Shown one piece after another: positions 1 to 7,807 of a stretch of 20,742 nucleotides of DNA; position 1 is the stretch's first letter; each line of letters begins with the position of its first letter. Source of the stretch: an uncultured Chlamydiae bacterium (GTDB taxonomy: Bacteria; Chlamydiota; Chlamydiia; Chlamydiales; Parachlamydiaceae); NCBI GenBank assembly GCA_963830365.1, contig CAWHMU010000022.1, forward strand, positions 1 through 20,742, read 5' to 3'. A model generated the notes under the pieces. That model was not told where the DNA came from and ran no database searches. It was given only the letters and a program-made list of their open reading frames with translations. A program made the translations under genes and the position numbers.

Positions 1-11
1 AGCCAGCTTTT

Positions 12-214
12 TGGTTCATCACGCAAATGAGTACCTAATTAACAAAACCCTAAGAGCAATCTCCATTTTTCTTCTCTGTGCCTCTGTATCTCGGTGGTGA
101 AGCTTTCCGTAACACTCAGATTGATAATACTATACATCCAGCAAGCAGATTTCACCACAGAGTCACAGAGAAGGCCGGGAAAACCTCATGGGTACTCATT
201 TGCGCGATGAGCCA
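12..214. mobile_element. MITE-like non-autonomous element with 24-bp terminal inverted repeats
   Basis: TGGTTCATCACGCAAATGAGTACC (12-35) and GGTACTCATTTGCGCGATGAGCCA (191-214) are inverted copies with 22/24 identity. GCTTTT flanks both sides (6-11, 215-220). There is no credible coding capacity, and a third copy of the end lies at 20201-20224. Confidence 0.6.
71..173. repeat. Inverted pair of CTCTGTG/CACAGAG octamer-based repeats inside the MITE-like element
   Basis: CTTCTCTGTGCCTCTGTATCTCGGTGGTGAA (71-101) pairs with TTCACCACAGAGTCACAGAGAAG (151-173). The left arm carries one extra ~8-bp unit. Confidence 0.6.
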
Positions 215-499
215 GCTTTTTTGGTTTATTTGTTGGTTTTTTATCAAAATTTTGACCGAAAAGGCAAACACCGCCGCCCAAAAGTACCGTCTTCCTTCGC
301 TGTGATCTTTGGGGGTCTGTGGGGCAAATTGTTAAAATCCGACGGGATGTGTATGTGTACCTGATGTCGGCTCAGTCCGCGTCATCCGCTCAGTCCCCCT
401 CTTTTCTTTGATGGAGTGGGGGTTGAGCTGTCAGCATGCAGGCAGAAGTGTTGGTTTATTTGGAAGAAATGTAGCAGATGTAAATTAAGAGGGAATGGC

Positions 500-534
500 A
501 AAGAAAAAGAGTTACGCCCCGTAGGGCGTAACTC
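500..534 (-). terminator. Rho-independent terminator of the first outer-membrane protein gene
   Basis: Perfect 11-bp stem GAGTTACGCCC-4 nt-GGGCGTAACTC (509-534), followed on the minus strand by TTTTTCTTT, 16 bp after the stop at 551. Confidence 0.85.
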
Positions 535-550
535 ATATTGGACTCAAAGA

Positions 551-1606
551 TTAGAATGCAACATCAGCACCAAGAACTAAGCCTTGGAATGAGTAGTTGC
601 CGTCTTGTCTTGTCATGCGGTTAAGATCAAAGAATACCTGTTGGGCATAGCCAACATGGATGCTGAAATCATAATCGCACATGTTATCTGCATATTGCAG
701 ACCAGCGAAATACTCTACTGTTGGGATAGCTGTCCAGATTGTATCGTGGTCAGTATCAACGCTTAGTAGTGTGGTGGTGGTGGGTGTTACAGTGGCTTCT
801 TCAATACGGTGGTGGGTGTTGAATTTCGAATACAACACGGAACCGCCGACATGACCGACAACAGACAAGCCGCATGACAGGTTATACTCGGCCCAGAGAC
901 CGCCTTCTACGCCATAGCCTTGAAATTTCTGCTTGTAATGATCATATTGCGTGGTTGTGCCGAGTGGGAAATCTTCTGTTACCAGGTCAATCGTTATAGG
1001 CACGAGCAAAGTTGACGCTACATGATATTTCTGGTTGCCCCATGCAGCTCTTGCGCCGATATGTGGACGCAGTTTGAAGCACTCGCCGCATTTGATTGTG
1101 CGTGAGAATTCAAGGTCAACTTGATTCAGGTTAGACTTCCATGAGCCGCTCAGGCCGGACAGAAGTGTTTCGCCGGTGTTGATGAAACCTTCAACTGTTT
1201 GGGTTGTGCCTACTGGTAGGTTTATGGCTGGCGTATGAAAGCCTGTGCTGCCTTTGCCTGGTGTGTAGACATAAGCTGCGCCAAGTTCCCACTGGTCGCA
1301 TGGCAATTCGAAGCCGCCATAGACTCTAAAGCCGTTTTCGTAATCGAATTTAGGACGGATGTGGTGGCCGTCTGCTGTGGTAGGTGTTGTTGTGAGAACG
1401 TTTGTCTCGATCTCGCCGATTAGCAATCCGTCTTGTTGGGCTTTGCCGTAGAGCCAGTCAGCGCCGACTTTAAATTTTCCGCCGCAGAATGTCAATTCAC
1501 AGCAGCTTGGTGCGCAGCATGGGTTGCAGTCTGCAAATGCAGCTGTGGATGAAAATCCGCCCACAAGTGCCCCTAAAAGGGTTGCGATAAAACCAATTTT
1601 TTTCAT
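551..1606 (-). CDS. Cys-rich outer-membrane beta-barrel protein, MOMP-like (Legionella MOMP/Lpg1974-type porin family), paralog A
   Basis: Sec signal peptide (MKKIGF...AFA), alternating amphipathic strands, C-terminal Phe (LVLGADVAF) and AAGGAG RBS. Motifs such as GADWLY, GFRV and LRPHIG resemble the Lpg1974 family; this is recognition from memory, not a search. Confidence 0.8.
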   Translation of the reverse strand: MKKIGFIATLLGALVGGFSSTAAFADCNPCCAPSCCELTFCGGKFKVGADWLYGKAQQDGLLIGEIETNVLTTTPTTADGHHIRPKFDYENGFRVYGGFELPCDQWELGAAYVYTPGKGSTGFHTPAINLPVGTTQTVEGFINTGETLLSGLSGSWKSNLNQVDLEFSRTIKCGECFKLRPHIGARAAWGNQKYHVASTLLVPITIDLVTEDFPLGTTTQYDHYKQKFQGYGVEGGLWAEYNLSCGLSVVGHVGGSVLYSKFNTHHRIEEATVTPTTTTLLSVDTDHDTIWTAIPTVEYFAGLQYADNMCDYDFSIHVGYAQQVFFDLNRMTRQDGNYSFQGLVLGADVAF

Positions 1607-1645
1607 AATACAGTCTCCTTGTTTACTTTTTTTTGTTTTTCTCTG

Positions 1646-1659
1646 TTAATCACGATTAA
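1646..1659. promoter_or_regulatory. Palindromic operator candidate TTAATC-AC-GATTAA
   Basis: 6-2-6 palindrome 40 bp upstream of the paralog A start. A half-site CACGATTAA is repeated ~19 bp further on, and a matching site lies upstream of paralog B. Confidence 0.45.
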
Positions 1660-1790
1660 ATTGATCGCCACGATTAATATCAAGAAATTAATATCATTTT
1701 ATTTGCATTTAGGCAAAATATCGTGCTTCCGGGCGATCACCATTTCGCTTAATGGTTCAAGCATTGTTTGTTAAAGTCTATGCTATTGGA

Positions 1791-2828
1791 CTAGAAACCG
1801 ACATCTAGACCCAATGTTAAGCCTTGGGTAGAGAAGTTTCCGCGCGCCCAAGTGGTATCAAAGCGGTTCATGTCAAAGAATACATGGGCTTCCCAGCCGG
1901 CATGGATGCTGTAGTCAAAATCGCAGATGTTGTCGGCATACTGTAATCCGACGAAGTAATCCAGGGAAGGAATGGCATCGTGGACGGTGTCTGTTTCAAC
2001 GCTCACATGCGTAATTGTTCTCTCTTCACCGACGACGGCTTGAGCGACTGAGCTTAGGCGTTCATCGATTTCGAATTTGGAATAAAGGATGGAACCGCCG
2101 ACATGGCCGATAATTGACAGGCCGCAGGATACATTATATTCCCCCCATAGGCCGCCTTCTACGCCATATGCGCGGAACTTGTTGCTCAGGTGGGCAAAGG
2201 ATAGCTGTGTGGTAGCTTCGGTGGATGTTACGAGCACGCTTTCGACGTGGTAGTTTTGATTTTGCCAGGCGGCTCTAAAGCCGATATGTGGGCGCAGGCG
2301 GAAGCATTCGCCGAATTTCAAAGTGCGTGAAATATCGACATCGACGTAAGCGAAGTCGTTATTCCATTTGGCTTGCATTGAAGTGGCATGGATGCCGCCG
2401 ATGGATGTGAAAGGAATGAGAGTTTCGTTAGGTTCGTCTACAGCCACAAAAGCGTGGCTTGATTTGGCAGGCAGGCAGGTGTAGGCGACGCCAAGTTCCC
2501 ATTGATCGCATGGCAATTCGTAGGAGGCATAAACCCTGTAGCCATTTTGCCATTTCGCATGTGGGCGTACAATCTGGAATGAGTCTAATTGCGGAGCTAC
2601 GGCGCCTTCTGGCGGTGTTGTCGTGGTCGTGATGCCGGCAATGCCGAGGTCGTTTTGCTGCGTTCTCCAATACAGCCAATCGGCGCCGATTTTGAATTTG
2701 CCATCGCAGAGCGACCATTCGCAGCAGCTGGGAGGGCAGCATGGATTGCAGTCGGCAGCGCTTACCGGTGAGGCGAATCCGGCTAATAGGGCTCCCAAAA
2801 GGAGTGAGTTAAGAGCAATTTTTTTCAT
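1791..2828 (-). CDS. Cys-rich outer-membrane beta-barrel protein, MOMP-like, paralog B (345 aa)
   Basis: Start reassigned from 2960 to ATG 2828, where MKKIALNSLL aligns with paralog A and is preceded by AAGGAGAC. It has a signal peptide, the same motifs as paralog A and C-terminal LTLGLDVGF. Confidence 0.8.
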   Translation of the reverse strand: MKKIALNSLLLGALLAGFASPVSAADCNPCCPPSCCEWSLCDGKFKIGADWLYWRTQQNDLGIAGITTTTTPPEGAVAPQLDSFQIVRPHAKWQNGYRVYASYELPCDQWELGVAYTCLPAKSSHAFVAVDEPNETLIPFTSIGGIHATSMQAKWNNDFAYVDVDISRTLKFGECFRLRPHIGFRAAWQNQNYHVESVLVTSTEATTQLSFAHLSNKFRAYGVEGGLWGEYNVSCGLSIIGHVGGSILYSKFEIDERLSSVAQAVVGEERTITHVSVETDTVHDAIPSLDYFVGLQYADNICDFDYSIHAGWEAHVFFDMNRFDTTWARGNFSTQGLTLGLDVGF

Positions 2829-2916
2829 GATGTAGGTCTCCTTCAATTTTCGTAAATTTTCTTGAATAAAGAAAATGTTTGTGCCTGAGTTTGTCATAGC
2901 GGGGCTAGTAAACGGA

Positions 2917-2929
2917 TAATCGTGATTAA
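2917..2929. promoter_or_regulatory. Palindromic operator candidate TAATC-GT-GATTAA
   Basis: Reverse-complement match to the 1646-1659 site, ~90 bp upstream of the paralog B start. Confidence 0.45.
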
Positions 2930-3127
2930 AATCAATAAAATGTCGTTTTTTGTGTTGCATCCTAGCCTGCCGCAGCTTTTAAGGCCATAAAAAAACAAAG
3001 AGGGGTGAATTTTTTTTGATTTTTACTTCGAAAGTTGTTTAAAACCTAACCGGGAAGATAGCTTATGGCTGCACAATTCCGTTCATGTTATACCGTGGTA
3101 TAGTGTCGAATTGCAATTAGACACTAG

Positions 3128-3834
3128 CTATGAGGGATGCTGGGGGATGGTCGCGGCAGTTTTCTGTTCCGCCAGCAGCGGCAGGTCTTCTAAATTGCGC
3201 AGGCCATAATGCGTCAGGAAGTCCTTGGTGATCCCATAAAGAGTAGGTCTGCCAGGCACTTCCAGGCGCCCTACAGCTTCGATGAGCTGCCGTTCCAGCA
3301 AGTTTTGCATGATGCCAGAACAATCCACGCCGCGGATAGCTTCAATTTGCGGGCGCGTGGCCGGTTGCCGGTAGGCGATGATGGCAAGAACCTCTGCAGA
3401 GGCCTGGGAAAGCTTTTCGGTGCGTTTGTTGCGGAACAGGGCGTCGATAAATGGGCTGTATTCTTCGCAGGTACGCAAGAGAAAGCCTTGGGCTATCTCT
3501 TCAAGGCGGAAGGCGCGTTGCTGCGAAAGGTATTCCTGCTGCAATTCGATGATCAGATCGCGCAGCAGACGGGGTTTGAGGGGCTGGAAGGTATCGACGA
3601 TTTCGCGGATTTTAGCAAAGGGCAAGGGGTCGCTGCTGGCAAACAGCAGCGCTTCGATGATTCTTTTAGCGTGCTGGCGTACGAATCTTTCTTGTTGGTG
3701 TGCGCGTTGGGCTTGCTGGATATTTTCCAGGATGCCCGGCAATGATGGTTGTTTGAGCGTGGTTTGGGAGGTGGTGTCGGCGGGGCGTCTTGTGTTTCGA
3801 TTTCTTTATCAAACAGATTGATTTCTTTAGCCAT
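3128..3834 (-). CDS. scpB: SMC-Scp complex subunit ScpB; probable true start at 3834 with a 1-nt frame break near 3782-3785 (in-frame portion 3128-3742)
   Basis: IEALLFASSDPL, LSQASAEVLAIIAYRQPATRPQIEAIRGVD and GRPTLYGITKDFL are ScpB hallmarks, and the gene directly follows scpA. ATG 3834 has a TAAGGT RBS but is out of frame with the ScpB domain. Confidence 0.9.
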
Positions 3835-3861
3835 GAGAACGATACCTTAATTGATGCAATT

Positions 3862-4584
3862 TCATGTTGCCTGGATGCATATGGCATTACGGGCATGGTC
3901 GTTAACGACGCGTGCGTCGCCATTTTTCATTAATTCGAGCAGGGCCAAGAAAGTGACAATGAGCTCATCGCGGCTTTTGTCGACAGAGAAGACATCTTCA
4001 AAGACTAAAGTGTTATGCTCGATGAGCAGATAACGTAGGGCTTTAATTTTATCGGAGACTCTCCATATTTCCTCATGGATGACGCCCCTGTGCACTGTCG
4101 ATTTGGCCAGGATTTGGCGAAAAAGGCCGGCCAGATCGTCTAAGGACAGGTGCTCGATGCCTAAATTCTTTTTAGCATCGTTTTCTTCCGTGCCCCGGTG
4201 GTAAAAGGCGGCTTGCTGTAGCTCCCTTTCGGTCAGTGTTTTGGCGGCCTGTTTGAAGCGGCAATAGTCCAGCAGCTGATGGATGATTTCAAAGCGCGGA
4301 TCGAGGATTTCCTCTGGTAGAATTTCTTCCATTTGCTGTTCATGTTTGGGCAGTAGAGTTTTGCTTTTATACCACATGAGGGCGCAGGTCATGGCCACAA
4401 ATTCGGCACTTTTATCGAGGCTGATGCAGGTGGCAGCGCGGCACCTGGCTAGATACTGATCGATAATTTGGCAAAGTGAAATCTCATAGATGTCAATTTC
4501 CTGGCGATTGATCAGCTGCCAGAGCAGGTCAAGAGGGCCTTCGAACGTATCCAGTACAAATGTTTCAGTTTTGGGAGAGTTCAT
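3862..4584 (-). CDS. scpA: Segregation and condensation protein ScpA (kleisin)
   Basis: N-terminal FEGPLDLLWQLI...IDIYEISL, KSKTLLP and C-terminal LIVTFLALLEL. The start is probably ATG 4584 (MNSPKTETF); the ORF extends to 4629. Confidence 0.92.
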   Translation of the reverse strand: MNSPKTETFVLDTFEGPLDLLWQLINRQEIDIYEISLCQIIDQYLARCRAATCISLDKSAEFVAMTCALMWYKSKTLLPKHEQQMEEILPEEILDPRFEIIHQLLDYCRFKQAAKTLTERELQQAAFYHRGTEENDAKKNLGIEHLSLDDLAGLFRQILAKSTVHRGVIHEEIWRVSDKIKALRYLLIEHNTLVFEDVFSVDKSRDELIVTFLALLELMKNGDARVVNDHARNAICIQAT

Positions 4585-4760
4585 AATATGGTTAGACGAG
4601 ATCCTGAATTTGGGAGAAAAATCTAGCATAGCAGGCGGCTAAAATAAAGGCAAAGGGACAAGCGGTTGGAAAATTCCCATTGTTTTTATCCTGAGAACAA
4701 GCTACTAAAGAAAATAATTAACATGTATAATGTTTATAGGGACTTAAGAGGGAGAAAAGG

Positions 4761-6851
4761 ATGCATATGCCAAAATTTTGCCACTGTTATTTTTGTAGCT
4801 TTGCTTTCATGGCTGCCCTTTTTACGGCTTCCCTGGTGGGGGCGGCAGAGTCAGAACTTTTGCAGTCTGCGAATGTCCAGCAAATCATGCAGCAGATTTT
4901 TTCCCAGCATGTTGACAAAAAGGAAATGACAGCAGCGATTATAAAAAATTCCTTTAAAGTTTATATTGATCAATTTGATCCCGATCGCATCTATTTGTTG
5001 GATCAGGAGGTGCAGCCTTTTTTGCAGATTAGCGATGCCGATACGGCGCGGATTATGGATCAGTATCAGCACAATAAGTTTCCGGAGTATACCCAACTTA
5101 ACGAGGTTATTCAGCAGGCGATATTGAGGGACAGGGAGATGCGCGCCAATCTGATTAAGACGCAAAAGGACCGATTATTTCAGAAGAGTGGTTCTTATAA
5201 GGCCGACGGCTATGAAGAATGGGGCGACCCCGATTTGAAACGGCAATTTGCTAAAACTGAGGCAGAGCTCAGCCAGCGCATGAAGCATGCTATCATCCAG
5301 TTTATCGCCGTTGAGCGCAAGCGCTATGGGGATGGCTATGTGGCCAGTCGGGAAACGCAAACCATGCGCCTTTTTGAAAGGCAGGCAAAAGAACATGAAA
5401 ATCAATATCTTTTCTTAAATGCCAATCAGCAGGCGATGGGTGAAGCTGAAAAGCAAAACGTCTTCACCATGCATATATTAAAGGCTTTGTCCAATAGCCT
5501 TGATGCCCATACGACGATCTTAAACCCTGCCGAAGCCTACGACATGCGCATCCGCCTGGAAAAGGGAGTGCAGGGCATCGGCATCATGCTGCAGCCCGCC
5601 AGGGATGGTAATTTCATTGTTTCGCGCATTTTGGAAGGTGGCCCCGCCGCGCAAAACGGGCAGATCAAGCTGAACGACCGGTTGGTTGAAATTGACGGGA
5701 TGCCGCTTAAAAACAAGAGTATGGATGAAGTCATGACGCTTGTGCGCGGCAAACTAGGCACCAAGGCTTCGCTTGTGCTTAATCGCATAGGGGCAGAAAA
5801 CAATCCCTCTGCCGAAAAAAGTTTCCAGGTGGAGCTGGTGCGGCAGGAAATCGCGGTCAATGAAGATCGGGCGCTGTCGACTTTTGAGACATTTGGCAAC
5901 GGGATTATTGGCAAGATCAAGCTGGATTCTTTCTATCAAGGGGAGAATGGGGTCTCCAGTGAAAATGATGTGCGTGAAGCCATAAAGAAATTGGATAAGC
6001 AAGGGAATTTGCGCGGTTTGATTTTAGATTTCCGTGAAAATAGCGGCGGCTTTTTATCACAGTCGGTCAAGGTGGCCGGCTTATTTATCACCAACGGTGT
6101 GGTGGTGATCTCCAAATACTTCAATGGCGATGAACATATCTATCGCGATATGGATGATAAGGTGGCTTATGACGGACCGCTGATTATTCTGACTTCAAAG
6201 GCGACAGCTTCGGCGGCCGAAATTGTGGCGCAAGCCCTGCAAGATTATGGTGTGGCCGTCATCGTCGGGGATGAGCATACCTATGGGAAAGGCACGATCC
6301 AAAGTCAGACCGTGACAGAAAATCAAGCTTCCACTTTTTTCAAAGTGACTGTGGGCAAGTACTATACCGTTTCCGGCAAGACGCCGCAAATTCAAGGTGT
6401 AAAGGCCGACATCGTTGTGCCAAGCCAGTTTGTGCATGAAAATATCGGTGAAGAATTTTTGGACAATCCCTTAAAAGGGGATACCATTGCTGCGGAATAC
6501 AATGACGATTTGCAGGACATCACACCCAATCTTAAGCCTTGGTATATGCATTATTATATGCCCACGCTACAGCAAAAAAAGGCTTTCTCGGGCAATATGC
6601 TGACCACCTTAAAGAATAATAGTCAGCAGCGCATCGCCAACAATAAAAATTATCAACGCTTCATCAAAGGCACAACGCCTGAGGAAGCCGCGGCGGCCTG
6701 GAGACGGCCGCTGAAGGGTACTTTGGATGATCTGCAAATGGCTGAGGCTGTCAGCATCATGCAGGACATGGTTGCGATCGAAGCCCGGCAGCGTGGCGGT
6801 GAGGCCAATACCCAAACCGTTTCCATTCGCCCCCAGGAAATCCCAAAGTAA
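4761..6851 (+). CDS. tsp: Tail-specific (C-terminal processing) protease, S41A family, with PDZ domain
   Basis: Signal peptide, DPDRIY, LDAHT, PDZ GIGIM, LILDFRENSGG, catalytic Ser (TASAAE) and Lys (TYGKG), and QIQGVKADI. Confidence 0.9.
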   Translation: MHMPKFCHCYFCSFAFMAALFTASLVGAAESELLQSANVQQIMQQIFSQHVDKKEMTAAIIKNSFKVYIDQFDPDRIYLLDQEVQPFLQISDADTARIMDQYQHNKFPEYTQLNEVIQQAILRDREMRANLIKTQKDRLFQKSGSYKADGYEEWGDPDLKRQFAKTEAELSQRMKHAIIQFIAVERKRYGDGYVASRETQTMRLFERQAKEHENQYLFLNANQQAMGEAEKQNVFTMHILKALSNSLDAHTTILNPAEAYDMRIRLEKGVQGIGIMLQPARDGNFIVSRILEGGPAAQNGQIKLNDRLVEIDGMPLKNKSMDEVMTLVRGKLGTKASLVLNRIGAENNPSAEKSFQVELVRQEIAVNEDRALSTFETFGNGIIGKIKLDSFYQGENGVSSENDVREAIKKLDKQGNLRGLILDFRENSGGFLSQSVKVAGLFITNGVVVISKYFNGDEHIYRDMDDKVAYDGPLIILTSKATASAAEIVAQALQDYGVAVIVGDEHTYGKGTIQSQTVTENQASTFFKVTVGKYYTVSGKTPQIQGVKADIVVPSQFVHENIGEEFLDNPLKGDTIAAEYNDDLQDITPNLKPWYMHYYMPTLQQKKAFSGNMLTTLKNNSQQRIANNKNYQRFIKGTTPEEAAAAWRRPLKGTLDDLQMAEAVSIMQDMVAIEARQRGGEANTQTVSIRPQEIPK

Positions 6852-6881
6852 CACCATTTCCAGGTTTTAGCAAAATAGTGA

Positions 6882-6911
6882 TTGCACAAAAAAGCAGAGA
6901 TGGCGTATCTT
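6882..6911 (+). promoter_or_regulatory. Putative sigma70/sigma66 promoter of tRNA-Phe
   Basis: TTGCAC-18 bp (A-tract after the -35 box)-TATCTT, ~50 bp upstream of the tRNA. Confidence 0.4.
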
Positions 6912-6963
6912 CGTCCTTTCTCTTAAGTAGGGACGCTCAAACAACCTCTCTTAACGTGTTTGT

Positions 6964-7036
<73 letters not shown>

Positions 7037-7238
7037 CTCTTTTTTCCATTAAAACATCTCTCCTCCCACGTTAGCAAATACCGTTTTTACGATCATTGCC
7101 GATTATAACTCGTCCATGCATTCTGGAATAGATCTCTGGCCGCATATCGAAAAATCCGAATTCCTTGCATGGAAAATTAAAAAAATGGAAAAATGCATGG
7201 CATCATCTTTAAAATGCTTAGGATAAAGGATCGGGGTC

Positions 7239-7700
7239 GTGGAAAAGAATAAAGATATTAAGGTTGATCTGAATGAAATCATCGATGCGCTTGAGATGCT
7301 TGCTATGGTGGGTGATTTTTCAAGGTCTTTTGTGAACATGCAGACTGGTCAAATTGTTAGCCTTGTTGAAGGTGAGGACTTTTCAGATGTTGAAGATGAG
7401 GGTTTCGAAGGCGACTGGATTCCGGATCATTATGCTTCGCTCCCAATGAAGGAGGATTTAAATGAGTATGAAATGATGGAAGCATTTTGTGGTGCCGTAG
7501 CAAATAGAGGGATTCAAGACAATCTTTTATGTGCCATTCAAGGTAAAGGGGCATTTGGCCGCTTTAAAACCGCTATTCACTGCCACAACATTGAGGACAA
7601 ATGGTACAAATTTCGGGAAGAGCGTTTGAATGAAATTGCCATCGACTTTTGCGAACGACTTGGCTTGGCGTATCATTATTCTTGCCGACGTGGTGAGTAA
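7239..7700 (+). CDS. UPF0158 family protein
   Basis: The pattern DLNEIIDALE...FVNMQTGQIV...LP...EYEMMEAF...AIQGKGAFGRFK...WYKFREERL matches my recollection of UPF0158. GTG start with AAGGA RBS. Confidence 0.75.
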   Translation: MEKNKDIKVDLNEIIDALEMLAMVGDFSRSFVNMQTGQIVSLVEGEDFSDVEDEGFEGDWIPDHYASLPMKEDLNEYEMMEAFCGAVANRGIQDNLLCAIQGKGAFGRFKTAIHCHNIEDKWYKFREERLNEIAIDFCERLGLAYHYSCRRGE

Positions 7701-7705
7701 TAAAC

Positions 7706-7778
7706 TATACCACGCGCGGTTAGGTTGTGCACATTTTGGCGCAGCCGAAATATGCACAACCTAACCGCGCATGGTATA
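7706..7778. repeat. 73-bp palindromic element with TATACC...GGTATA ends
   Basis: 35-bp arms matching at 32/35 positions (all differences are C/T transitions) around a 3-nt GCA loop. Confidence 0.9.
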
Positions 7779-7807
7779 TACAAAACTTGAGGAATGGCAG
7801 CTACATT

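Noticed and set aside
78..305. 75-aa ORF
   Set aside because: It runs across the MITE-like repeats and has no RBS or recognisable motif.
1..330. CRISPR array
   Set aside because: The repeats are inverted rather than direct, are not regularly spaced, and there are no cas genes.
339..450. Weak GC-rich hairpins (CCGAC...GTCGG; GCTCAGTCCCC...GGGGGTTGAGC) as an ncRNA
   Set aside because: The pairing is short and imperfect, there is no recognisable family motif, and it cannot be supported without covariation data.
2829..2960. 44-aa N-terminal extension of porin B in the ORF track
   Set aside because: The signal peptide, RBS and alignment with paralog A all point to ATG 2828. The extension covers promoter/operator DNA.
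4706..4731. Sigma28 promoter for tsp (TAAAG seen; tsp is sigma28-dependent in C. trachomatis)
   Set aside because: There is no CGA-containing -10 element at the right spacing. A TATAAT lies there instead, without a good -35 box.
7113..7173. TCCATGCA...TGCATGGA hairpin after tRNA-Phe as a terminator
   Set aside because: It has only 8 perfect bp, a long poorly paired interior and no U-tract. It is at most a decayed palindrome.
7706..7778. Integron attC site between two small genes
   Set aside because: GTTAGGT precedes ACCTAAC, the reverse of the RYYYAAC...GTTRRRY order. The arms have no extrahelical bases, no second attC follows the next gene, and there is no integrase in the window.
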